A DNA stretch of 64,000 bases from Macrostomum lignano. Its lineage: Eukaryota. Shown here piece by piece: positions 31,601 to 43,600 of this stretch; position 1 is the stretch's first letter; every line of letters starts with the position of its first letter. Both the position numbers and the translations under genes were made by a program. The DNA lies in contig NIVC01003779.1 of assembly GCA_002269645.1 (NCBI GenBank), forward strand, positions 13,132 through 77,131, read 5' to 3'. The notes below the pieces were generated by a model that worked only from the letters and a program-made list of their open reading frames with translations, made no database searches and had not been told where the DNA came from.

Positions 31601-34600
31601 CCTCTCACCTGTTCCTCTCACCTGTTCCTCCCTTCTCATTTCTCCTCTCACCTGTTCCCCTCATCTGTTCCTCCCTTCTCATTTCTCCTCTCACCTGTTC
31701 CTCCCTTCTCATTTCTCATCTCACCTGTTCCTCCCTTCTCATTTCTCCTCTCACATGTTCCTCCTCCCTTCACCTCATTTCACTCTCACCTGTTTCTACC
31801 TTCATGTCATTTCTCCTCTCAGCTAAGTTTCTCCCTTCATCTCTGCTCTCATCTCATACCTCAGTTCCCATTCCTTATCTCCCGTTCGAGTTCCAACTGC
31901 CTCCCCAGACTCCGCAGTCGCCCCCGCTCACCTCAGTGGACTCCCACAGCACGCCGGTGCCCACAACGCAGATCACCATGGGCCGGTTGAGCGTCAGGTG
32001 AGCAAAGCGATACTCCATCTGGCAGTTCTTCGATGCCACGTACTGCGATTGGGGAAAAGTTTTTGCACTTTTAGCTTCAGAAAGCATTGCGGATGATTTT
32101 GCAAGCGATATTTTTTGCGCTAATAGGGGCTGCATAAATTCAAAGTGAGCTGCAGAGATTCACAGTGAGCTGCAGAGATTCACAGTGAGCTGCAGAGATT
32201 CACAGTGATCTGCAGAGATTCACAGTGATCTGCAGAGATTCACAGTGATCTGCAGAGATTCACAGTGATCTGCAGAGATTCACAGTGAGCTGCAGAGATT
32301 CACAGTGATCTGCAGAGATTCACAGTGATCTGCAGAGATTCACAGTGATCTGCAGAGATTCACAGTGAGCTGCAGAGATTCACAATGATCTGCAGAGATT
32401 CACAGTGAGCTCTAGAGATTCACAGTGAGCTGCAAATATTTAGAGTGGAATAATACGCTCGTAATCAATAGCACGCATTCTAATGCCCAGTCGCGATCAG
32501 TTCTCACCTCATCGGAGAGGCAGGCCACCACCAGCTTGCAGGCCTTGAGTCCCTGGCAGAGGTCCTCAAACATGCCGTTCTCGCCCAGCCGTTCGATGTC
32601 AATCCAGCAGGAAAGGCCGCCGGCTTCCTCCAGGTGCTTCTTGAGTTTCCGGGGATCGCCGAACCCGATGGAGCGGCTGGTGGCCTTGCCGTGGCCTGCC
32701 TTGACCGCCTCCTGCGAGTTCGCCCAGCAGTAGCTGATGAACACGTCTGCGCGCCCGCTGACCCGCTGCGGGTGAGGTGCGCGATGGGTTGCGATGTGTG
32801 TGATGAGTTGTGTGAGGTGTGCGACGGGCTATGTGAGGTGTGATTGGTTGTTTGAGGTGCGCGATAGGTTGCGATGTGTGTGATGAGTTGTGTGAGGTGT
32901 GCGACGGGCTATGTGAGGTGTGATTGGTTGTTTGAGGTGCGCGATGGGTTGCGATGTGTGTGATGAGTTGTGTGAGGTGTGCGACGGGCTATGTGAGGTG
33001 TGATTGGTTGTTTGAGGTGCGCGATGGGTTGCGATGTGTGTGATGAGTTGTGTGAGGTGTGCGACGGGCTATGTGAGGTGTGATTGGTTGTTTGAGGTGC
33101 GCGATGGGTTGCGATGTGTGTGATGAGTTGTGTGAGGTGTGCGACGGGCTATGTGAGGTGTGATTGGTTGTTTGAGGTGCGTCATGGTTTGTTTGAGGTG
33201 TGTGTGATAGGTTTTGAGGTGTGTGTGTGTGATGGGTTTTGAGGTGTGTGTGATGGGTTTTGAGGTGTGTGATGGGTTTTGAGGTGTGTGTGATGGGTTT
33301 TGAGGTGTGTGATGGGTTTTGAGGTGTGTGTGATGGGTTTTGAGGTGTGTGATGGGTTTTGAGGTGTGTGTGATGGGTTTTGAGGTGTGTGATGGGTTTT
33401 GAGATGTGTGATGGGTTTTGAGGTGTGTGTGATGGATTTTGAGGTGTGTGATGGGTTTTGAGGTGTGTGATGGGTTTTGAGGTGTGTGGTGGGTTTTGAG
33501 GTGATGAGGTGATGGGTTGTGTGAGGTGTGTGATGGGTTGTGTGAGGTGTGTGATGGGTTGTGTGAGGTGTGTGATGAATTTTGAGAACTGTGTGAGGTA
33601 TTGTGCGAGTCACGTACTTCATTGTGTCAGGTGCATGGACTGTAAGGTGTTATTGACTGTGCCGTTTGCAATGAACGGCATGCACAAGAAGGTGACCAGG
33701 GAACTCTTACTCAGGGATTAGTTTGGATCAAGACTCAACACTTTGGCATCAGCGCACACATTATTATTCCCAAAGTCGCGAAGTCTCTCATTACCACCTA
33801 GGCTTGGGATCTCCTTCAACAAAAATGCACGGATGCGGAGCAGTGCAATTATGCCAGCAATTTCGACAGCGTCATCCGCATCTTACCGCTCGGATAAGAA
33901 TCTGATTAATTAGGCGGCAAACACCTCTCCCAGGGGGTGCACTGACCCGCAGATTTTAATAACAATTGCTAGTAAAACACTGGCTTATAAAAATAAGCCA
34001 GTAATATTTTAAAAGTACATCCAGCAGTGTTGTCGAGCTTGCTCATGCTTTTATAATTAGCTCGAAGAAAGTTTGGCAGCAAAAGCGGAATCAGAACAGG
34101 CGGTCAGGCTGACGCAAATCTCCCATGAAGTTGGCGGCTCCCTTTGACCTGAGGAGAACCGCATGATTCAATCAGACAGAAAGGACGAATTCCCTAATTT
34201 CAAGTCCTTAATCCCATCTGAGCCATAAGCCGTCCAGAGCCTTGGTACAGTGCTTCGTTCATTTTCATTAGCCTATTGTGCGTGGTGCATTATGGATGAG
34301 CTGCAAAAGCAATACGACAGTTTGATGTCAGCCTTGAGACTTCAAACAGCTTTAAAGGATTTAAAACTGGATTTTGAGCCGCTGCCAAATCCGACAGATT
34401 AAAGTGCCCAGCTGTTGTCTGGGAGCCCGGCCATTGGCTGTGAAGGACAAGCGAGCCGGGGGCGGATTGGCGGAGGCTGAGGCTTCGCTGAAGTGGATGA
34501 CTAGAAAAATCCATCAGGGCGGAGAGCCGAGAAGGCCAACCAGCGGACTACTCAGGTTCGATTCTCAGCTCCCAGTTCAGTTCAGTGAGAATCAGCTCAG

Positions 34601-37600
34601 CTCAGCAGCGATGCTCGCCTATGTGGCTGTCAACGGCAGCTGCCTGAACGACTCCGGCAGCTCGGAAGGCCCCGCTGGCGGCGCCGCCAACGTCTATTTG
34701 TACATCGCTTGCGTTCTGAGCTACCTGAACGCCCTGACCAACGGTTTCTCCCTCATAGTGTTCATTCTGGACAAGAAAAATGTCATCATGGGCCGCCTGC
34801 TGCTGCTGCTGTCCCTGTCGGAGACTGTGCTGAACATCGGCTTCGCTGTCAACCTCACCGTCATGCTGACCGTGATGGCCGACGCCGGCCGCCAGGCCTT
34901 CGACAGCCCCCTGCGCCCGCAGATGATCACCTGCGCGTTCTTCCTGTCGTTCGCCATCGCCAACGCCTTCATCATGGTGCGCAACTGGAGTCTGGTGATG
35001 ATCGCCGGCAGCCGCTGCGAGGTGGTCAGCAACCCGTTCAGCACCCGGCGTGGCCAGCTGTTCAGCCACAGGCGCAGCCAGGCCTGCTACGCCCTGACGC
35101 TCATCCTGTCGCTGCTGGTGTGCGCGCCCCGGCTGTTTGAGTTCACCTGGACAATTTGCGAGTACCCGGCTGAGAACAACTCAACCGAGACAACCGTCTA
35201 CAGCCTGACAACGGCTACGCACCACATCCTGGACAAGAATCCGTCCTACAGGCACTACAAAACTCTGCTGGTGTTCCCGCTGCAGACCATCGCCCCGATA
35301 TTCCTCATCAGCGGCCTGTCGCTGGTGATCATCTTCATCCTGCGCAGGCGCCGACTGCTGCAGCAGAACAGCGGCGGCAGCGCTGGAAGCGGCAGTGGCC
35401 GCGGCGGCGGCGGCGCCAGCGGCAGCGGCAGCCGCAGCCAGGACGCGGCGACCAAGACCGTCATGATTCTGATGTTCTCGTTCATCATCTGCGAGCTGCC
35501 GACCTTTCTGTTCTTCATTCTGAACCAGACCATCTTCGCCTCGATGCGAGGCTTCAACCAGATCCGCATGCACACCACCTTCTTGGCCAACATCCTGTTG
35601 AGCGCGGACAGCTTCACCAACTTCATCATCTACAGCAGCACCAGCAACACCTTCAGGGAGACGGTGAGGCGGATGCTGCACCTGCCAGACAGACGCCAGG
35701 GCCGCAGCAACAACTACAACTACTACAACAACCACCTGCAGAACAACAACTACAGCATGCTGAGCAGGGAGGCCAACGCGCTGAGGCGGGCGGAGGCCGC
35801 GGCGGCGGCCACCGCTGCCCCATCGCATATCGAGGATGCCGCTCTGGCTCCGCTGAAGTGGCACCCAGGCGGTGCTGACTGAGCCGAGCCGGAGAACCGA
35901 ATCTTGCCGAATCTGAAGTCACTGAATCTTCTGTAGCAAAAGCAGGCGTCTGAGTTGCCCTGCATTGGACAATCAAAGCAAATTTCTTAACTGTATTTGT
36001 TGTGCTCATCATTGTCAATAATAAATAGTGGATTGCTTCATCTAGCGTAGCTCCCGAGTCCGCATCGTTCCTCTTTGATTGCAAGTTTTGAAACTGATTA
36101 TTATTCTTACTAGTTCACCAATTTCCCTTGTTTGATAACCGCAATTTGATCACTTTTACTATATGTTGTGCTCATTTGTCGTTTCCCGCGCGCGTCATTT
36201 GACAATAAGTTTTGTCTTTTCTGTTAAAAAAACAGCAACCATGCTCTATTCTGGTAAGAAGGCCTGACTTTAGGGTCGGCTTCCCTCATTAAAGACAGAA
36301 GATCCTTTGTCCTGCGACAGCAGAAGAATACACTGCAGTGTTAATCCTCATCCTACGCCTGACTTACTGCGTTCTCAGATTTTTACTCGCGCTTATTACA
36401 GGCTATCGCATACGAGCGTATCCGGACTGCCAAGCCGCAACCGCCCGAACTCTGCTAAGCTCAGCAGCTTGTTGCTGCCGCTAAAAGGCTAATGAGAGCC
36501 TGCCGGGCCAGCAGGGATGCCAGTTGCGCCAGAGCTGTCCGACAAACACCCACATGGCTGATTTTACGAGCGCATTTGTTTCGTCCCAGTTGAAGGATCG
36601 GTCTGAGAGGCTGCGCTAAGCTCGCCTGTCTCCGCCGTCTGGTCGGCGGATTCTCCCCGAGATTGGGGGGATTTGTGGGATTCCGGTTGCCCGCGAAGTA
36701 CTATGCTGCTCATGCAAGCCTGAGGCAGCTGGCGCTGACACATAAAAAAAAGCTGGCAATCTTCTGCACGCACCATTTCATAGTTGGCGAGTTGCAGTTA
36801 TGCTTAGCAAAAAACATTCACTAGAGAGTCAGGCGCGGCAAACACAACACACTCGCACATGGTTGCAGGAAATCAGGCAGGCAATTCAACGAGTGATCAG
36901 TTGAAACCGCCCGGCTCACCTCTCGCTTGCCGGCGCCGCTCTTCTCCCTGACGGCGGCCACCGCCTCGGCCAGCTTGGCGTCGAACTGGGCCTCGCGCTG
37001 GAAGTTGATGTACACCAGACCGGACAGGCGGGCGCCCAGCGCTGTCTGCTGCCAGTCCTTGCCGCTGCCGACCAGGCCAAGCACTAGCGGCTTCTTCAGG
37101 TGCTCAGTAGCCAGCGACAGGTACTGAGCGCAGGTGTCCGACAGCACGAACTCGTTGGATATGAGGCACAGGCAGCAGCCTGACTGCTGCAGCAGGGCCA
37201 TGCTGTCCGACAGGCTGCGCTCTTCGGATGTTGCTTCGTCCGACACGCACTGCCTGCTCGGTGTCGGGGCGGCGGGGAAGCAAAATCAGCACTGGTGCTA
37301 AAAGTACACTAGTGCTGCATCGGGCTCCATGTCGCTATCTTGATGCCTATAAGAGTCTGCCACTGAGGTGTCCAACCGCATTGTTGTAAACTAGCTTGTA
37401 CTTAAAAAAGCAGTCGAGGCCAGAGACGAACGAAAGAGTCGGATTTTCCCGCGGTTGTCTTGACGGGCTTGGAAAATGCGGGGCCTCATTTTTAATCCTG
37501 ACGACAGAAAATAGCCGGTCTCGGGGATGCGGCCTGGCTACGGGTGGCTACGCCCAGCACTGATTAAAGAAGCTAGCACCTTGAATCTCTTCTACTCCAA

Positions 37601-40600
37601 GCTTCATTATTTCAGGCCCCGGCCACTCAGCATCCGGCCAGGGTTAGTCCATCATCGGCATCATTAGAGACTGCAGACTCTTCAACTCTGCCGCTTGCTA
37701 TACTCACACAGATAAGCCGGCAGCCTCTTCAACTCTGCCGCTTGCTATACTCACACAGATAAGCCGGCAGCCTCTTCAACTCTGCCGCTTGCTATACTCA
37801 CACAGATAAGCCGGCAGCCTCTTCAACTCTGCCGCTTGCTATACTCACACAGATAAGCCGGCAGCCTCTTCAACTCTGCCGCTTGCTATACTCACACAGA
37901 TAAGCCGGCAGCCTCTTCAACTCTGCCGCTTGCTATACTCACACAGATAAGCTGGCAGCTTCAACTCTGCCGCTTGCTATACTCACACAGATAAGCCGGC
38001 AGCTTCTTCAACTCTGCCGCTTGCTATACTCACACAGATAAGCCGGCAGCTTCTTCAACTCTGCCGCTTGCTATACTCACACAGATAAGCCGGCAGTCTC
38101 CAAGCCAGCCTGGATCTTCTCTATGATGTCCCCGCCGCCGCCGCTCTTGTTGGCGCAGCAGAAGATGAGGGTGACGTCGTGCACGAGGTCCAGCCGGGCC
38201 GCTGACAGGTCGTTCACTGAGCGCTCAAAGTGCAGCTCAAAGTCGGCGGGCGATTCGGGCGGCATCACAGCTGGGAGACGGGAGTGAGGAGGGCGAATGA
38301 GTTTAGCGTGCAACGAGGCAGAAGGTTAAACCGTTTTTGCCTCGCCCCACTTTCTACTATTCATTAAGCCTGGCTACATAAGTCCGCCTCTGCGCCGCTT
38401 CCTGAGATTGGCGATCGGCTTTCCCGTGCGTTTCCCCCAGCTGTCCCGCAGACTGTTATTAGATAGTCGCTGAGCCATGTGCCTGTCGCTTTGTGGAGCA
38501 ATGCCAGGCTATTCTACATGACTGACGCATCTGAGCTGCTTGCCTTATTCAATTATGGCCTTCTATTCCCTACGGTCAGCATAATCCTGCTGAAGTTTCT
38601 GCCTGTCACTCATGGGTGTCCAGCCCCTCTGTGTGCACTGTGGACTGAGTGTCTGACGGTTGTCCAGCCCCAATGCTGAGTATCTGTGTGCACTGTGGAC
38701 TGAGTGTCTGACGGTTGTCCAGCCCCAATGCTGAGCCTCTGTGTACACTGTGGACTGACTGTCTGACGGTTGTCCAGCCCCAATGCTGAGTATCTGTGTG
38801 CACTGTGGACTGACTGTCTGACGGTTGTCCAGCCCCAATGCTGAGTATCTGTGTGCACTGTGGACTGAGTGTCTGACGGTTGTCCAGCCCCAATGCTGAG
38901 TATCTGTGTGCACTGTGGACTGAGTGTCTGACGGTTGTCCAGCCCCAATGCTGAGTATCTGTGTGCACTGTGGACTGAGTGTCTGACGGTTGTCCAGCCC
39001 CAATGCTGAGCCTCTGTGTACACTGTGGACTGAGTGTCTGACGGTTGTCCAGCCCCAATGCTGAGTATCTGTGTGCACTGTGGACTGACTGTCTGACGGT
39101 TGTCCAGCCCCAATGCTGAGTATCTGTGTGCACTGTGGACTGACTGTCTGACGGTTGTCCAGCCCCAATGCTGAGTATCTGTGTGCACTGTGGACTGACT
39201 GTCTGACGGTTGTCCAGCCCCAATGCTGAGCCTCTGTGTGCACTGTGGACTGAGTGTCTGACGGTTGTCCAGCCCCAATGCTGAGTATCTGTGTGCACTG
39301 TGGACTGACTGTCTGACGGTTGTCCAGCCCCAATGCTGAGTATCTGTGTGCACTGTGGACTGACTGTCTGACGGTTGTCCAGCCCCAATGCTGAGCCTCT
39401 GTGTGCACTGTGGACTGAGTGTCTGACGGTTGTCCAGCCCCATTGCTGAGCCTCTGTGTGCACTGTGGACTGAGTGTCTGACGGTTGTCCAGCCCCATTG
39501 CTGAGCCTCTATAAAGCTCAAATTGCAAGAGATCGGGCGGTTTTGCAACTGAATGATAATTAGTGTTTACGCATATTTGCTCTGTTGCTTGTTGCACCTG
39601 CTTGAGTTTTGATGCACCGAAAACTCCAGTTAGGATGCTTTGCTTCGTTATTTCGTTCGTCGCATGATAGAAGCGCGACTGTACCTATGCAGTCCGTCTG
39701 TGCCCACTGCACAGCGCCTAGCAACTAGTGCTTGATAGCAAAGCTTTGTTAGACTTTGTGGATATTTTTAAACCAGTATAGTACAAGAAAAAGTGGCAAA
39801 AAAGCTCCCGGTACCTTGCAGAGTGGGAATCGGCACGCAGTGGAACATGGAATGGCACTGGAGAAACAAGGCCCGCATCTCGATGGCCCTGCGCAGCACC
39901 TGGCTGCTGAACATGGCCGGCTCTTGGATTTTCTGAAATTAAAAAAGCACACAGGTTGATCAGTTTAACCCAAGCGTGCCGGCATGCCACGGCATTCGCT
40001 CACCTGTCTGACGCAGTCAATGCACGGCACCTCGTACACGTAGGAGACCCCGCCGAACGCCTCGGCGATGAGGCCTTCAAACACTTCGTGTATCAGCATC
40101 AGCATGTTCTCGGGAGACGAGCCCTGCACCTTCACTATCACTGTGCGTTCCCTGTGAAATGAAAAACGGGCGATTAGGGAAAATATTTTTGATAATTTTC
40201 TCTCGCAACAAAAAGGCAGCAGGCTGGTATTGGGCACCCAGACGCACCCCTTCTTGACCATGAGGGCCCGGTGGTCGCCCTTGCACAGCAGGGATCCCCG
40301 CTGCCAGATCACCAGGTCGTCGGAGAACTGGCACAATCGCACCTGGGCCCTGTTGAACAGACCAGCCGGCAGGTAGTCGAAGGTGTACTTCATCTTGGCC
40401 TCCTGGATGTCGCCGAGCGCGGTGACGTCGTCCCAATCGAACTGGGGCTTCTTCTGCGGCAGCAGGCAGGGCACAACGCTGACACCGGAGTCGGTGAGCG
40501 GGAAAGTCAAGTCGAAAGTCTCCGTCAGGGTGAGGAGCCAATCGTGCAGCTGGGCCGGGTAGTCCTTCCAGATGGTGTGGATGTCTTCGTGCTTGAACCG

Positions 40601-43600
40601 GCCCTCCTGCGGGTTGGTGTAGGTAACCCTGGTTGGATCCCCGTACCCGGCCAGGCATTGACGCGCTTGTATGTCCTCATTGCTGTAGCCTAGAGGTTAG
40701 AGCGTCGGACTCGCAACTAGAAGGTTGGGGGTTCGATTCCCGATCCCATTGGAACAATTTGTGTCCTTGAGCAAGACACTTTTACTCTGCATTGCTTCAG
40801 TTCACCCAACTGTAAAATGGGTGCCAGCATTACATAAGGTGTGTGCGGCAACCCCCAGTCCTTTGACTGAACAGCCGTATGCAGCTTTCAGATGCGCCGC
40901 GCAATAGCTGCGGCTGAGCTGTCGGTTGCACAACTGGCCCAATTGGGCCAGCTCATTCCTCGCCTGTAGTGGGAAGATGTTACCAAAGGCGAAACGCACT
41001 TTTCTCCACTGATATTCCAACACTGAATAAGGTAGAGAATTGGAGAATTCGGTTGGAGTGGCGCATTTCGCGCCAATTCAAACGCAGTCTTCTGAGTTCA
41101 GAAATCCGGAGGACGGATATGACAGGAGAAAGAGGCTTGGGGGGAGAAGGGCGCCGCTTCCTTGAGTCTAACCTGGAATCAACATCAGGCCAGCTGCTTG
41201 AAATTCCAAAACCAAAGCGCTTACGGGACTAAAAAGGCAGGGAGGGCACGGATGAGGGAAGTGAAATGAGAGGAGAAAGTCCGGACGTTTGTTTGTCATC
41301 CAGTTGGGGAGCCCGTGCTGCTCCTGTTCCCACGGTCGCCGCTCCCAGACTCAATTTCCTCTATGCTGAACAGGTGCCTCAAGACCGCCCCAACTTATAG
41401 AAGTTCGATCCCATGAACAAAATGCTTTTCGTGAAATTCACAGTATTCACGAACACGCCCGACCATCAGACAATCAGGGCTGCTGTGCATCCTGATTGAG
41501 TGTTAACAGCTACTCGACTTTGTGCTCAAGGCTCAACAGCTACTCGGTTTTGTGCTCAAGGCTCAACAGCTACTCGGTTTTGTGCTCAAGGCTCAACAGC
41601 TACTCGACTTTGTGCTCAATGGTCAACAGCTACTCGGTTTTGTGCTCAATGGTCAACAGCTACTCGACTTTGTGCTCAATGGTCAACAGCTACTCGGTTT
41701 TGTGCTCAAGGCTCAACAGCTACTCGACTTTGTGCTCAAGGCTCAACAGCTACTCGGTTTTGTGCTCAAGGCTCAACAGCTACTCGACTTTGTGCTCAAT
41801 GGTCAACAGCTACTCGACTTAGTGCTCAAGGCTCAACAGCTACTCGACTTTGTGCTCAATGGTCAACAGCTACTCGACTTTGTGCTCAAGGCTCAACAGC
41901 TACTCGACTTTGTGCTCAATGGTCAACAGCTACTCGGTTTTGTGCTCAAGGCTCAACAGCTACTCGACTTTGTGCTCAATGGTCAACAGCTACTCGACTT
42001 AGTGCTCAAGGCTCAACAGCTACTCGACTTTGTGCTCAATGGTCAACAGCTACTCGACTTTGTGCTCAAGGCTCAACAGCTACTCGACTTTGTGCTCAAT
42101 GGTCAACAGCTACTCGACTTTGTGCTCAAGGCAGCTACTCGGTTTTGTGCTCAGTGGCCAACGACTACTGTTTCCCTTGATTTGTGGCAGGCCTCATCTT
42201 CCCCCCCCCCCACCCCATTGAAGATACGCGCACCAGCCTACCTTGATCACGTGATTGTGCACGGTGACAACGCAAGCCATCACGTCCACCAGCCACTGCG
42301 GATTGATGATGACAATGTCGTACAGCAAGTCAGAGTCGAAGTGCTGCAGACTGCCCATGTCGTGAAGAAACTGCACAGCTTGCGGCACCTGCCGGAATTG
42401 GAAGAATTAATCCCGCTATCAATCCCACTGTTAATCCCGCAGTTAATCCTGCTGTAAATCCCACTGTTAATCCTGCTGTTGATCCTGCTGTTAATACCGC
42501 TGTTAATCCTGCTGTTAATCCTGCTGCTAATCCTGCTGTTAATCCTGCTGCTAACCCTGCTGTAAATCCTGCTGCTAACCCTGCTGTTAATCCTGCTGCT
42601 AATCCTGCTGTTAATCCTGCTGCTAACCCTGCTGTTAATCCTGCTGCTAACCCTGCTGTTAATCCTGCTGCTAATCCGGCTGTTAATCCTGCTGCTAATT
42701 CCGCTGTTAATCCTGCTGTTAATCCTGCTGTTAATACCGCTGTTAATCCTGCTGCTAATCCTGCTGTTAATCCTGCTGCTAATTCCGCAGTTCAAGCAAG
42801 CATAAAATTGCACCTCTTCGCCGTAAATTCCAGTCTTCTTGCCAAGCTGCATCACTTCGCTCCACTTGAGCAGACTGTTCGAGCTCCGGTTGCTGAAGGA
42901 TGAAAAATGTGTGCTTTTCATTCGGAGGACATGACGGTCAGAAATAGCACTCGCCAATTAGCCACTTACCTGATAATCGCCTTCTCAAAGTTAAGCCAAG
43001 CCTCTGGCACGTGCTCGCCAATGTATGGCTGGCTCAGTGTTGTCTCCAGAATCTGCTTGAGCAGCTGCTCAACTCCCTGTTAATAAGCGGATTAAGTCGC
43101 GAATTTGAAAGAATCGAATTTCGCGTATTTTGTCCACAACTATCTAATTGCCCGAGGTCAGTTTTCGTTCGCCGACTCTCGAAAGACTTTGAACTCCTGA
43201 GCTATCGCTCTGGGGCGTCTGTCTGGGCCTGTCCGCTCCCCTGCCCTCCCGGCGGACCCCGCGATTGCCCCCCCCCCCGAAACCCGAGCGGCACATTTGC
43301 AATTCCGCCGCGCAAATATTTGCCTTCATCAAAGAGCCGATTACAATCTCGCTGCCTCCGGGGATTCAGAGGAGAGTTTCTCTCTCTTTCTCTCTCTCTC
43401 TCTCTGAGTCGGTCCGGCTCAAATCTTCATCGCCAGCTCCAGTTTTATCCTCACAACGACTGTCTGGGCCGTAGCGAGAAAGTAGGAATTACTGACGGAG
43501 ATCTGGCGCCCAGCGACTCGACTCGTCGTTTGAGCGTTTTTACTCGAGTCTGCGCCGATGTTTTATTCATGAGGGGACAATCGGGGACACTTTGACGGAA

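Noticed and set aside
25287-34610. Lectin ectodomain splicing onto the nested GPCR exon to make a lectin-GPCR
   Set aside because: Phase-compatible acceptors exist near 34575-34605, but this needs a 9-kb intron across the antisense Roco 3' exons, and the GPCR already has its own glycosylated N-terminus. No positive evidence.
40682-40750. Functional tRNA genes at SINE heads (also 4847, 63499, 59685)
   Set aside because: A/B boxes are present, but there is no complete acceptor stem and each continues into a shared SINE body.
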